A DNA stretch of 64,000 nt from an uncultured virus (IMG/VR IMGVR_UViG_3300008266_000126) (Duplodnaviria > Heunggongvirae > Uroviricota > Caudoviricetes). The notes beneath the pieces are model-generated. The model searched no databases. It had not been told where the DNA came from and was given only the letters and a program-made list of their open reading frames with translations. Location of the stretch: IMG/VR virus record IMGVR_UViG_3300008266_000126. One strand, given 5' to 3'. The position numbers and the translations under genes were made by a program. Numbering within the stretch: position 1 is the first letter of the stretch; every line of letters begins with the position of its first letter. Of this stretch, positions 1-10,657 are shown in pieces.

Positions 1-1379
1 TTATAGTTACCAAAGAAACCAATATCAAGAAGATCTGTATCAGTATTATTAGCTGCAAGTTGTATTAACGGGTCAGTAACTACATATGATTCAACGTTTG
101 AATATACAGCATTACCAGTAATGTAAAGACTACCACCAATATAGAAGTCGTGATAAACCGTACCAGTATTTGCAATAAAGTTACTATTGACTGTTAAACC
201 ATAAACTGTAATAGTATTTGCAGAAGCAGTGATAGTAGAATCACTAGAAGAACCTAATTGTAGTTGTGTAAAGTAACCTTTATTATAAACTGCACCTATA
301 CCACCTACGTCATATGTGTTGGTAGTAGTAGGAAGTAATGATCCTACTAAAGTACCGTTAAGTGTAGTATTATCTTGAGATGAACTACCAAGTACTACGT
401 TACCGTTTAGAGTTGAAGTAGCATTAACCTGAATAGACTCAAATGTTTGTGCTGCAGCTGGATCAATATGAATACCTGTAGTATTTGCTTTAAGACCGCT
501 TCCTACTACTGCTGCAATAACTGGTTGCGCACTCTCACCTGACGTTACAGAAACACTAACACCGTTACCTGCAGTTATGTTCTGTACGTAATCACCAGTT
601 GTTTTAGTACCGAGAGCAATACCGTTATCTTTTACACGGATAGCACCACTAGAAAGTTCTAATGTGCTGTTATCTACGTTTGCAAATAGACCAGTAGTAT
701 TAGCTACTATACCATCAGCTGCTTTAACTATAATTGTAGGTGTTGAACCTTCACCAGTACCTGTAAATGATACTATACCGTTACCAGCATAGATATCTGC
801 AACATAATCACCTTCAGTATCAACACCAAGTGTTACACCGTTAGCATTATTAACTGTAACGTTAAGTACTGCATCACCTAGGTTAGTAAATGTAACGTTA
901 CCAGAAACGTCACCAGAAAGTGTCAGTTTTGGTGAACGGTTGATAGTAGTAACATTGAGATTTTCAATAGTAGTATTTGCTGCAGTAAAGTACAGATTAC
1001 CTGAGAGTGTTCTAGAATCTGTATTCTGAACATATGATGGATTTACTGCTGCAGTAGTTGACCAAAAAAGTTGACCAGAACTATTAACAGATAGAACTGA
1101 TCCATCAGAACCAGTAGTACCGTTTGCAGTAATAGTAGTTGTATAAAGATTTGCAGTTTTTACTTGATCTATATAACCTGTACTGTTAGCAACTAGTGCT
1201 TGGTTAGCAGTAAGGGTACCAGGTGTTCTTTGACCTGCAATAGGAAGAACTGAACCATAATTACCTATAAAGACAACATTACCAGCAGCTGTGAACGCCA
1301 ATTCACCATTCGCTAGCGAGGCTGGGGTACCTGTTGTCTGCGAGCGTTTAATCTGAATTAAATTTGGTGACGCAGCCAT
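1..1379 (-). CDS. Tail fibre / virion fibre protein (partial, runs off the left edge)
   Basis: Not in the ORF track. ATG at 1379 gives MAASPNLIQIKRSQTTGTPASLANGELAFTAAGNVVFIG. The IQIKRS..P.SL..GELA start is typical of phage fibre proteins. Thr/Asn/Gly-rich. Confidence 0.75.
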   Translation of the reverse strand, partial: MAASPNLIQIKRSQTTGTPASLANGELAFTAAGNVVFIGNYGSVLPIAGQRTPGTLTANQALVANSTGYIDQVKTANLYTTTITANGTTGSDGSVLSVNSSGQLFWSTTAAVNPSYVQNTDSRTLSGNLYFTAANTTIENLNVTTINRSPKLTLSGDVSGNVTFTNLGDAVLNVTVNNANGVTLGVDTEGDYVADIYAGNGIVSFTGTGEGSTPTIIVKAADGIVANTTGLFANVDNSTLELSSGAIRVKDNGIALGTKTTGDYVQNITAGNGVSVSVTSGESAQPVIAAVVGSGLKANTTGIHIDPAAAQTFESIQVNATSTLNGNVVLGSSSQDNTTLNGTLVGSLLPTTTNTYDVGGIGAVYNKGYFTQLQLGSSSDSTITASANTITVYGLTVNSNFIANTGTVYHDFYIGGSLYITGNAVYSNVESYVVTDPLIQLAANNTDTDLLDIGFFGNY

Positions 1380-1757
1380 TTAGAAATCTCCTCCATCGAG
1401 AACTGTATTTGATAATGTTGTATCTGAAACTGATAATGGTAGAACGTAATATTTATCCTCTCCCGCAACGTAAGTGACAATATGTCCGTTAGATGGCGGA
1501 TTAAGAGAAAGATCACCCTCTACCACGTCTTCTAAAACATCGAATCTATTGTTAGCCCAATATATTCCATATCCGTTAGATGTTAAAATTTGACCAGAAC
1601 TACCATTAGAACTATTAGCAGTTAGTGGTCCTGTAATTACTATATTGTTGGCAGTTATCTGTTGGGGAACCCACCTGGATCCATCCCATTTCCAAGGTCT
1701 ACCCCCTGTTGTAACTATGTCGTTCAAGGACGGGTTAGAAGGAAAACTGAGTGCCAT
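1380..1757 (-). CDS. Small virion fibre-associated protein
   Basis: MALSFPSNPSLND..T.GGRPWKWDGSRW N-terminus and LDGGDF C-terminus, both typical of fibre accessory proteins in T4-like phages. Confidence 0.6.
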   Translation of the reverse strand: MALSFPSNPSLNDIVTTGGRPWKWDGSRWVPQQITANNIVITGPLTANSSNGSSGQILTSNGYGIYWANNRFDVLEDVVEGDLSLNPPSNGHIVTYVAGEDKYYVLPLSVSDTTLSNTVLDGGDF

Positions 1758-1783
1758 ATCTTAGACTAATACCATTGTTTTTA

Positions 1784-1791
1784 TATTTATG
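1784..1791 (-). promoter_or_regulatory. T4-type late promoter variant CATAAATA
   Basis: Intergenic, 27 nt upstream of the 1757 start. The same variant recurs at 5965, 29713 and 59636. Confidence 0.6.
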
Positions 1792-1804
1792 ACATGTAAA
1801 ATCA

Positions 1805-4800
1805 TTAGAAAGACACCGCAATCCATACTGTATTGCTCTCATCACCTATATTTACACTTAGTATTCCATCATCAACATCTAACCATAATGCACCTAGTGC
1901 AGAATTTGCAGGAGCAGAACTATTTACATTAACTTGTGCAGTGTCGCCTTTTGATCCTGTATATCCAACTGAGCCGGTGTAACCTATAGAACCTGTGTAA
2001 CCAGTTGCACCAATATCACCAGTTCTTGCAAAAGTGATTACTATATTAGATGAATTGGTAAGAGTATTACTACCACTTAACCAAGATATTGGAACATCAA
2101 AATGATCATCATGAGTAGTAAGATTACCAATAATTGCAAACATAGCATATGTTTGATTATCATACTTGTTCTTTACTGAGAAGTGACCTTTAATATTACT
2201 AGTGCTATCATCGATAGTTGTGAGGAAACTATATGAATTAGAACCTAATATATCGATATAATCAATATAAAGAGTGTTAGCAAGATCTATGGAAGTATTA
2301 CTAAATGAGAAATAACCGTTAGTAGTTATAGTATGTTCTGTATTTGTAGTGTAAACATACTCAAATGCTGCACCACCGAAACCACCTTGAGATCCAACAT
2401 AACCAGTATCACCTTTTGATCCAGTATAGCCTAATGATCCTGTATAACCGTAAGAACCAGAATAGCCTAGTGAACCAGTATAACCAGCTGACCCGGTAAA
2501 TCCAGCAGACCCTGTATAACCAAATGAACCTGAGTAACCTAAATCACCCTGTGAACCGTTAAAGCCTACTGAACCAGTAAAACCAGAAACACCTCTAGAA
2601 CCTGTAAATCCTTTATCGCCTTGAGAGCCGATAAAACCAGTTGAACCAGTAAACCCTGCACCAGTAGAACCAGTAAAGCCTAAAGATCCAACAAAACCTA
2701 CAGAACCGGTAAACCCTGCACCAGTAGAACCTGTATAACCAAATGAACCAGTATAACCTAAATCACCCTGTGAGCCTGTATAACCCTGAGAACCATCAAA
2801 ACCTACTGGACCAATTAGTCCAATTGGACCTTCAGAACCTGTAAAACCAATAGAACCTGTATAGCCGATAGAACCTGTGTAACCTAGATCACCTTGTGAT
2901 CCCACATATCCTACCGATCCAGCATAACCGGTAGAACCATCATACCCAGTAACCCCGACAGAACCAGTGTAACCTATTGAACCGGTAAAGCCATATCCAC
3001 CAGTAGAACCTGAGAAACCTGTATCACCAACGTCACCTTGTCTTGCTATAGTGAACAGAGTTGAAGTAATGTTAGAGAAAGTATTAGAAGAACCTGACAA
3101 CCAAGAAATTGGTATACTTGCATAGTTAGAATATTCTTGAATACCACCATTGATAGCAAACAATGCATAACTAGCAGTATTAGTTACTTCAGCTACTTGA
3201 ATATAACCCTTAATACCTGAAGTAGAAGTATTTACGAAAGCAATAGTATTGTAAATATAATCTAAAAGAATAGTTACTTTACTTCCGTAAAGAGTGTTTG
3301 CTAGTTCAAAATCAGTATTAGAAATTCTAAAATATCCAGATCCCGGATCACCGTTCTCTGTATTTGAACTAAAGATGTATAACCAGTCTACACCACCAAA
3401 TGAACCAGTATCACCTTTTGATCCTACATAACCTGAACCTGTAGAACCTACAAAACCTATAGATCCTGTATAACCAAAAGAACCTGTATAACCTAAACTA
3501 CCTATAGAACCATCATAGCCAGTGTCACCTTTTGATCCAGTGTAACCTATAGACCCAGTGTAACCTAGATCACCTTGTGACCCATCATAACCTACTGATC
3601 CAGTAAAACCTATAGATCCTGTGTATCCAAGATCACCTTGAGAACCTGTGTAACCTTCTGATCCAGAATAACCAAAAGAGCCTGTAAAACCAATAGAACC
3701 AGAATAACCTAGATCACCGATAGAACCAACATAACCAGTAGTACCAATAGAACCTGTGTAGCCTATAGAACCTGTAAAACCTAAACTTCCAGTAAAACCG
3801 GAAGAACCAGTAAAACCAATTGAACCTGTAAAACCTAGAGGTCCAATATTACCTTGTGATCCAGAGTAACCTAGAGAACCAGTATAACCAGAACTTCCAG
3901 TATAGCCTATAGAACCTGCATAGCCTAGATCACCTTTTGAACCAGTGAATCCAATAGAACCAGTATAACCAAATGATCCTGTAAACCCGGTACTACCTCT
4001 TGAACCTGTATAACCTTCAGACCCAGAATAGCCTATTGAACCTGTAAATCCAAACGACCCGGTAAATCCTGTATCACCTTTCGATCCAGTAAATCCAATT
4101 GAACCGGTATAACCAAAGGACCCGGTAAATCCTGTATCACCTTTTGAGCCTGTATAACCAAAAGAACCAACAAATCCTGTACTACCAGTGTCACCTTTTG
4201 AACCTGTGTAGCCAAATGAACCGGTAAATCCTGTATCACCTTTAGAACCTACAAAACCAGTATCGCCTTTAGAACCAGTATAACCTGTTGAACCTAGGTA
4301 GCCTGCGTCACCTCTAGAACCAGTGTAACCTGTATCACCTCTATCACCTGTTCTAGCAAATGTAATATTAATATTAGCATTATTAGTATAATTATTTGAA
4401 CCAGAAACAAACGCAACTGGTACTATAAAATAGTTAGAGACAAAATTATGATAACCTACTATATTAAAGATAGAAGATAGATCAGTATTAGCAACGTCAG
4501 TAATAGTAAACTGACCTTTAATAGTAGACGTAGAGTCATCAATAGTTTGTAAGAACGAATAAGTTGAATCAAAGAAAATATCATTTTCATTGATATAGAG
4601 GGTGCTTATTGAACTAAATGAAGAATTATCAAATTTAAAATTACCATTACCAGGATCAGTATTAGCAGTATCGGTAAGATAACGGTAACTAAACGAAGCA
4701 CCACCAAAGTTGCCAGTATCGCCTTTAGAACCTGTATATCCTATTGAACCAGTATAACCGAGATCACCTTTAGATCCGGTATAACCCATAGAACCTTCAT

Positions 4801-5935
4801 AACCGGTTGCACCTCTTGATCCTTGATAACCTACAGGACCTTGATCACCTTCAGATCCTGCATATCCAGTACCACCTAACGCTAAACCAAAATATCTTAT
4901 TTCAATTTCAGCACCTTGTGGTGGTGCATATCCTAGCGTGAGAGTTGTTCCAGAAACAGTGTAGTCAGTTTCAGGTGTTTCTAAGAGACCATTAACGAAT
5001 ACGAAAATGTGTGAAGCGTTAGAAGTATAATCTGATAAGGTAAATATAGTATTACTACCATTACCAGTATATCTTGACGTCTTATAAGGATATCCTATAT
5101 CACCTATAGAACCAGTAAAACCTATAGAACCAGTAAAGCCTATTGAGCCTGTATAACCAGTGTTACCTCCTGGTGCACCAGCTGATCCTTGAAAACCTAT
5201 AGAACCTTGATAACCAACAGAACCTAGGTAACCAGCAGACCCTTGTGAGCCTACAGAACCTGTATAACCTACTGAACCAGAATAACCAACAGTACCTTGT
5301 ACGATATCAAAATATCTTACTTCTATATCTGAACCATTATTAGGTGCAGCAGAAAGTATAAGTGTAGAACCAGAGATAGTATAATCAGTAGTAGGTAGTT
5401 GTAGAAGACCGTTAACACTTACTATGATCTGAATAGGATCGCTAACAGATTCAGAAAGTGTAAATTGAGTATTACTTCCATTACCAGTGTATGTGCTGCT
5501 CTTAGAAGGCTTACCAGCAGCACCCACTGTACCTGCAGGTCCTGCAGACCCGGAGTAACCTATAGAACCGGTATAACCGGTTGATCCACCAGGAGCACCA
5601 GCTGATCCTTGATAACCAGCAGAACCTAAAGAACCAGAATATCCAGTCGCACCAGCTGAACCTGTGTAACCGGTAGATCCAGTTACACCTGCAGAACCTT
5701 GATAACCTGTATTGCTATCAAGTTCAATATATCTGATTTCTATGTCTGAACTAGTAAAAGGGGTTGTAGTTAAGTAAAGATTTGTGGAACTTACTGTGTA
5801 ATCCACATCTGGCACTTGAACCAGACCATTTATCGAAACTATTATACTATTTGCTTGATTTACTGCGCGATCTAATGTAAAATTATTAGCAGTACCGTTA
5901 GCAGACAGTGTCTGACTGTAAAAAGTAAGTGCCAT
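1805..5935 (-). CDS. Collagen-like (Gly-X-Y) fibre protein with G-Y/F-T-G-S-x repeats and repeated globular domains
   Basis: Long tracts with Gly at every third residue. Three N-terminal repeats of NG...FTL...V.VNGL.Q.P..DYT.SG and three internal repeats of a GG..F.Y...DDSTS.IKG...FARTGD domain. Confidence 0.85.
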   Translation of the reverse strand: MALTFYSQTLSANGTANNFTLDRAVNQANSIIVSINGLVQVPDVDYTVSSTNLYLTTTPFTSSDIEIRYIELDSNTGYQGSAGVTGSTGYTGSAGATGYSGSLGSAGYQGSAGAPGGSTGYTGSIGYSGSAGPAGTVGAAGKPSKSSTYTGNGSNTQFTLSESVSDPIQIIVSVNGLLQLPTTDYTISGSTLILSAAPNNGSDIEVRYFDIVQGTVGYSGSVGYTGSVGSQGSAGYLGSVGYQGSIGFQGSAGAPGGNTGYTGSIGFTGSIGFTGSIGDIGYPYKTSRYTGNGSNTIFTLSDYTSNASHIFVFVNGLLETPETDYTVSGTTLTLGYAPPQGAEIEIRYFGLALGGTGYAGSEGDQGPVGYQGSRGATGYEGSMGYTGSKGDLGYTGSIGYTGSKGDTGNFGGASFSYRYLTDTANTDPGNGNFKFDNSSFSSISTLYINENDIFFDSTYSFLQTIDDSTSTIKGQFTITDVANTDLSSIFNIVGYHNFVSNYFIVPVAFVSGSNNYTNNANINITFARTGDRGDTGYTGSRGDAGYLGSTGYTGSKGDTGFVGSKGDTGFTGSFGYTGSKGDTGSTGFVGSFGYTGSKGDTGFTGSFGYTGSIGFTGSKGDTGFTGSFGFTGSIGYSGSEGYTGSRGSTGFTGSFGYTGSIGFTGSKGDLGYAGSIGYTGSSGYTGSLGYSGSQGNIGPLGFTGSIGFTGSSGFTGSLGFTGSIGYTGSIGTTGYVGSIGDLGYSGSIGFTGSFGYSGSEGYTGSQGDLGYTGSIGFTGSVGYDGSQGDLGYTGSIGYTGSKGDTGYDGSIGSLGYTGSFGYTGSIGFVGSTGSGYVGSKGDTGSFGGVDWLYIFSSNTENGDPGSGYFRISNTDFELANTLYGSKVTILLDYIYNTIAFVNTSTSGIKGYIQVAEVTNTASYALFAINGGIQEYSNYASIPISWLSGSSNTFSNITSTLFTIARQGDVGDTGFSGSTGGYGFTGSIGYTGSVGVTGYDGSTGYAGSVGYVGSQGDLGYTGSIGYTGSIGFTGSEGPIGLIGPVGFDGSQGYTGSQGDLGYTGSFGYTGSTGAGFTGSVGFVGSLGFTGSTGAGFTGSTGFIGSQGDKGFTGSRGVSGFTGSVGFNGSQGDLGYSGSFGYTGSAGFTGSAGYTGSLGYSGSYGYTGSLGYTGSKGDTGYVGSQGGFGGAAFEYVYTTNTEHTITTNGYFSFSNTSIDLANTLYIDYIDILGSNSYSFLTTIDDSTSNIKGHFSVKNKYDNQTYAMFAIIGNLTTHDDHFDVPISWLSGSNTLTNSSNIVITFARTGDIGATGYTGSIGYTGSVGYTGSKGDTAQVNVNSSAPANSALGALWLDVDDGILSVNIGDESNTVWIAVSF
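2395..4345 (-). repeat. Degenerate 18-bp coding tandem repeats (GYTGSx hexapeptide), interrupted by one globular domain
   Basis: Recurrent gaacc(t/a)gt(a/g)taacc units on the + strand. Confidence 0.9.
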
Positions 5936-5943
5936 CTATTACC

Positions 5944-5972
5944 TATAAATAAAAGTATCCTTGATATTTATG
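5944..5972. promoter_or_regulatory. Opposed late promoter pair: TATAAATA (+, 5944-5951) and CATAAATA (-, 5965-5972)
   Basis: T4 late consensus in the short gap between divergent genes. Confidence 0.7.
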
Positions 5973-5990
5973 TTTTGTTATGAGGTTATT

Positions 5991-8717
5991 ATGAAATACC
6001 CAACTATTGCTTTTCTTGATTTGATCGGTCTTGTTTATGATGGCACTACGCTATCAAAAAGAGGACTTGGCGGTTCTGAATCAGCGGTAATCCTTATCTC
6101 TAAAGAACTTGCAAAATTAGGGTTCAACGTCACAGTATTCAATGCTTGTCAAGAAGATGATAGCATACCAGGTATTTATGATGGTGTAACTTATAGGCCT
6201 ATCACCAGCCTCAATCAAAACGATAAGTTTGATATTGTAATATCATCTAGAACAGTAGTACCATTCGTCCCAGATCATTATTATGATGCATATAAAAATG
6301 CAACTAGACATCATCCATCTCTATTTAAAACTATTAGAGATAATGCAAAGCTTAAAATCATGTGGATGCATGATACATTTGCAAACGGAGATCTTAATCT
6401 AGAAGATTTAGTAGTTAATGATTATATTGATTATATTTTCACACTCTCTGATTTTCATACTGCATATGTTACAAACTGCAATCACGGTAAAAGGCGTAAT
6501 TTTGAGGTATTAAAAAACAAAGTATTTCAAACTAGAAATGCAGTTGTTCAATATATCGATGAAGTTGATATCTCTAAAAAAGATAGAGATCTTTTTGTTT
6601 ATAATGCATCAGTAACAAAAGGTATGCTTCCTCTCATTGATAGAATTTGGCCGAGAATTAAACAATATATTCCTCAGGCTAAGTTGAAGATTGTTGGTGG
6701 TTACTATAAATTTAGAGATGATTCACCTTTGGATGCTCAGGGTGAAACTCTTATGAAGCTTGTTAAAGAACAAAAATATAAAGATTTAGATATTGAGTTT
6801 ACAGGTATTATTACTCAGAAAGAAATTGCAGAACTGCTTGCAAAAGCAAACATGTTTCTATTTCCAGGAGCATTCCCAGAAACATTTGGTATCTCTACTC
6901 TTGAATCACTAACATATAATACACCATTGGTTGCAACACGATTTGGTGCTTTAGAAGAAACTGCAGTAGATCTTGCATCATACTTTATTGATTATGCAAT
7001 TGAACCAAATAGCCTCTTTACAGAAATTAATATTGATCATCAGGTAGAAAAATTTGTAGAGAAAGTTATTAGAGCATACAAAGATCCTTACCTACATCAA
7101 CAAAAACAATACTACTGCAATATTATTAAAGATATTCATACATGGGATACAGTTGCATTGCAATGGAAGCAGTTATTCTTAAAGATGTTTGGGCAGTATA
7201 TGCCTGTAGAAGAATACCGTAAAGTATCTTATATTAATAGTAAGGTACATAAAGTATATGGTAGACGGTTTAGCAATCAAGTAGAATGGTCTGGATATAA
7301 GAGATCTGAAGAACAATCTATTGCAGTCATTACACCTTTTTACAATGCAAAAGACTATATCGTTCGTTGTATTGAATCTGTAGCATCACAAGACTATGAA
7401 AGTTGGTCATTATATCTAATAGATGATTGTAGTACAGATGATACTAAAAAAGTAATTGATGATTATGTTAATACTCTACCTATTCACATTAGATCCAAGA
7501 TAATCAGGTTGCAGAATAAAACAAATATGGGTGCACCTTGTAATCAAATTAATACTATTAGAAAATTCGTAGAAGGTGACGATACTATTGTAATGCTACT
7601 AGACGGTGATGATGCATTAGCAAATAATCCTAATATCTTTAATTATTACAATAATCTATTTGCAGATAACAAAACAGATTATGCTTATGGTTCTTGCTGG
7701 TCAGAAGCAGATGATATACCTCTTATTGCTCAACCTTACCCTAAGTCTGTGAGAGAAGCAAAGACTTATCGTAATCATAAATTTAACTGGGGTATGCCAT
7801 ATCCACATCTAAGAGTATGGAAGCGTAAACTTCTTAATAATGTGCTAGATAACGCATTTAAAGATGAGAGTGGCAATTGGTATAAAGCAGGTGGAGATAA
7901 TGCAACATTTTATAATATCTTAGAACAAGCAGATCCTAATAAAGTAGTTGCAGTTCAAGAAATATTTTATGTTTATAATGATAAAAACCCGCTTAATGAT
8001 TATAAAGTAAATGGTGAGCTACAAAATAAAAATGCTTCTGTGATTGCAGGTAATAAGATCGTCAAAGAAGATAAGCCAGTAGTACAAATTAAACAAAGTG
8101 TAGAAAGTAATATTATGAAAAAGAGAATCTTGATTGCTATTCCTACAGCAAAAAATATTGAACCATCAACATTTAAATCAATCTATGATCTAGAAGTCCC
8201 AGAGGGTTATGAAACAGTATTTCAATATTTTTATGGTTATAATGTAGATCAAGTACGTAATTTAATTGCAGACTGGGTTACTAAAACACCGTTTGATTAT
8301 CTCTTCTCAGTAGATTATGATATCTCTTTTGCACCAGATACTCTTAAGAAACTTCTTTCTCATGATAAAGATGTAGTAACTGGAATTTATAGACAAAGAA
8401 TACCTGACAGACAGACATTAGAGGTATTTGAAAGCAATGATAGAGGTGGTTACACACATATACCTTGGGATAAAATTAAAGGTAAGGGTTTAGTAGAGAT
8501 TGGCGCATGTGGGTTCGGTTGTGTTTTGGTTAAGAGAGAAGTGTTTGCTGCAATTGGTTATCCACAATTTGTATATAAGTCAGCAATTAACCATAACGAT
8601 ACTTTCTCAGAAGATCTTTACTTTGCTAAAATGGCTTCTCAAAAAGGATTTAAGATGTATGCAGATACTTCTATTATCTGCGATCATACTGGATCGTATG
8701 TGTTTAGAGTTCAGTAA
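5991..8717 (+). CDS. Three-domain glycosyltransferase (GT4-like GT-B + GT2 + GT2-like)
   Basis: GLGGSE, WMHD and FPETFGISTLE (GT-B); VITPFYN, LIDDCSTD and LLDGDD (GT2); IAIPT, YLFSVDYD and GACGFGCVLVKREVF (GT-A). GAGGT RBS before ATG 5991. Confidence 0.9.
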   Translation: MKYPTIAFLDLIGLVYDGTTLSKRGLGGSESAVILISKELAKLGFNVTVFNACQEDDSIPGIYDGVTYRPITSLNQNDKFDIVISSRTVVPFVPDHYYDAYKNATRHHPSLFKTIRDNAKLKIMWMHDTFANGDLNLEDLVVNDYIDYIFTLSDFHTAYVTNCNHGKRRNFEVLKNKVFQTRNAVVQYIDEVDISKKDRDLFVYNASVTKGMLPLIDRIWPRIKQYIPQAKLKIVGGYYKFRDDSPLDAQGETLMKLVKEQKYKDLDIEFTGIITQKEIAELLAKANMFLFPGAFPETFGISTLESLTYNTPLVATRFGALEETAVDLASYFIDYAIEPNSLFTEINIDHQVEKFVEKVIRAYKDPYLHQQKQYYCNIIKDIHTWDTVALQWKQLFLKMFGQYMPVEEYRKVSYINSKVHKVYGRRFSNQVEWSGYKRSEEQSIAVITPFYNAKDYIVRCIESVASQDYESWSLYLIDDCSTDDTKKVIDDYVNTLPIHIRSKIIRLQNKTNMGAPCNQINTIRKFVEGDDTIVMLLDGDDALANNPNIFNYYNNLFADNKTDYAYGSCWSEADDIPLIAQPYPKSVREAKTYRNHKFNWGMPYPHLRVWKRKLLNNVLDNAFKDESGNWYKAGGDNATFYNILEQADPNKVVAVQEIFYVYNDKNPLNDYKVNGELQNKNASVIAGNKIVKEDKPVVQIKQSVESNIMKKRILIAIPTAKNIEPSTFKSIYDLEVPEGYETVFQYFYGYNVDQVRNLIADWVTKTPFDYLFSVDYDISFAPDTLKKLLSHDKDVVTGIYRQRIPDRQTLEVFESNDRGGYTHIPWDKIKGKGLVEIGACGFGCVLVKREVFAAIGYPQFVYKSAINHNDTFSEDLYFAKMASQKGFKMYADTSIICDHTGSYVFRVQ

Positions 8718-8914
8718 TTAGTAACTGAAGGAGCTACTCTAGGAGTGGAAGGGGTTGTGCCTAGAAGATCGGTCTCTTCGTTTTTAAGAACAGAGAGAGG
8801 TTCTATTATATAACCGGTAGTTTTTACAATAATGGTAGATTCTACAGGTGCTGATCTGGCTATAGTAATAAGTGAATCACCAGATTTTTTTATTACTATA
8901 GTACCGTCACGCAT
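8711..8914 (-). CDS. Hypothetical protein
   Basis: Coupled (TAATG) to the upstream gene. Confidence 0.45.
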   Translation of the reverse strand: MRDGTIVIKKSGDSLITIARSAPVESTIIVKTTGYIIEPLSVLKNEETDLLGTTPSTPRVAPSVTNY

Positions 8915-9240
8915 TAGCGTGTAACTCCAGGATTTACAGTTATAACACCTTCTATAATTCTTGATACAACACTATTAGAAGACAATTCAAGATCATAAAC
9001 ATATCTTGTTGATGTCAAGTTAGCAGTAATTACAGAATTCATAGTTAATGAAATAAGACCAGAAGCACCAGTAATAGCAACATTCATAGTGTTATATGTT
9101 GTTGAAGTGTATGTTTTTCTTATTTGGCAATTGCCAGTATAACCAGAAATGTCTACTGACGTTCCATTAGCATCTACTAGATAAACATTATATAAAAAAT
9201 TTGCACCTTGATCGACAGTGAGATTAGTTTTAATTGCCAT
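8914..9240 (-). CDS. Conserved small virion structural protein
   Basis: NL.VDQGA.F...D..GYT...QIRK...L..T..L...RYVYD.....V.RIIEG.ITV.PGVTR pattern common in T4-like phages. Confidence 0.75.
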   Translation of the reverse strand: MAIKTNLTVDQGANFLYNVYLVDANGTSVDISGYTGNCQIRKTYTSTTYNTMNVAITGASGLISLTMNSVITANLTSTRYVYDLELSSNSVVSRIIEGVITVNPGVTR

Positions 9241-10657
9241 TTTTTAACTTGTCGACTTCTGCTTTGAGCTCTTTAATTGCTTCTACTAATAGAGGTATTA
9301 ATTTTTCATATTGAATAGTTAGATAGTTCTCATCAACAGGGGCTGGTACTACAACATAAGGTAGTACTTCTTGTACTTGTTGTGCTGATAGACCTACTTG
9401 TATTTTATTATCATCGTAACCAAGTTCTTTTGCTTTATCATTTGCCTTATAATAAAACCCTGTTAACTTCTCTACTTTATCAAGAGCTTCTGTTATATCA
9501 CCTAATCTAGTCTTTAATCTATCATCAGAGTAAAAAGCAGTAATATCGCCGGTTGCTCTAATCTGACCTGTAGTACCGGAAGCAGCTGTACCAACACCTA
9601 TTGACTTAACTTGAAAGTCAATAGTATTATTACCTGTTAACTTTTGAAGAGTAAGTTTACCAGCACCATCAGTACCAATATAGTCTTGATTTGTACCATC
9701 TACTGTTGGTAAAATAAATGTTGCAGAACCAGCAGCATTATTTGCTCTTAAAGTAGTAGAACCGCTTGTTACACCATTGAATTTAATATAGTCAGTAGTA
9801 TCTATACCAGCATATGCTACTACGTCACCAGTAAAGTAAGATATGTTAGCAGATGTAAAACCTCTAGTGAAGTAATTATTAGAACCTGTAAAATTTACAT
9901 TTGCAGTAAATACAACGTTGCCAAAGAATTCAGATTGACCATTTACAGTAACACCATATTGAAAGAAATTATTTTGTCCTAAGAATGTAGTGTTACCGGT
10001 AAACACTGAATTTGTACTTGCATTAGCAAGAGTAATAACATCTGCAAAAATATTTTTTACATAAAGAGAAGTAGATGTAAGTTTTGAATTTTGTACTAGA
10101 CTGCCTGTTGGGTTATCATAAACTTCCAACATACCTCTTGTAATATAAACGTTTGCCTGCACGTCACCAACAACATGGGTGTTAGATGTCCATGCATTAA
10201 GAGCATTTGCTTGATCTGCTCTTACTGTTGTTCTTGTAAAATAACTATTACCTACAGTTACTGAATCAGAGAATACCGCAACATTAGAAGTAATATTAGC
10301 ACCTCTGATAGTAGTATTACCCATTGACATAGACGTCTTAGTATAAGTAGTAACACCATCTATTGTCATACCTGCAGATGTTAAAACTGTATTAGCAGTT
10401 GAAGATGTTCTTATTACTACAGAAGTAGCATTAATGTAAGAATTAGAAGATGCAGTACCAAGTAATACAGAACCAGTGTTACTAGTAACTAAATTATTAG
10501 CTGTAAAATTACCTGTAATTGTTGCACTACCTACTGCAGTATTTGAACCTACAGTGACTGCTACATTAGACATAGCCTCAGCAAGCTGATTAGTTTTGGT
10601 GAGCCATTGACCAAAAGAATCAGCTGAAACATCTACATTAGCTACAAAAACAGTCAT
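9230..10657 (-). CDS. Tail fibre with C-terminal intramolecular chaperone (peptidase S74)
   Basis: GDITAFYSDDRLKT...GLSAQQVQEVLP...YEKLIPLLVEAIKEL. Confidence 0.85.
   Translation of the reverse strand: MTVFVANVDVSADSFGQWLTKTNQLAEAMSNVAVTVGSNTAVGSATITGNFTANNLVTSNTGSVLLGTASSNSYINATSVVIRTSSTANTVLTSAGMTIDGVTTYTKTSMSMGNTTIRGANITSNVAVFSDSVTVGNSYFTRTTVRADQANALNAWTSNTHVVGDVQANVYITRGMLEVYDNPTGSLVQNSKLTSTSLYVKNIFADVITLANASTNSVFTGNTTFLGQNNFFQYGVTVNGQSEFFGNVVFTANVNFTGSNNYFTRGFTSANISYFTGDVVAYAGIDTTDYIKFNGVTSGSTTLRANNAAGSATFILPTVDGTNQDYIGTDGAGKLTLQKLTGNNTIDFQVKSIGVGTAASGTTGQIRATGDITAFYSDDRLKTRLGDITEALDKVEKLTGFYYKANDKAKELGYDDNKIQVGLSAQQVQEVLPYVVVPAPVDENYLTIQYEKLIPLLVEAIKELKAEVDKLKNGN

Noticed and set aside
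2395..5720. Dense short direct repeats resembling a CRISPR array
   Set aside because: They are degenerate 18-bp codon repeats of a Gly-X-Y ORF with no unique spacers.
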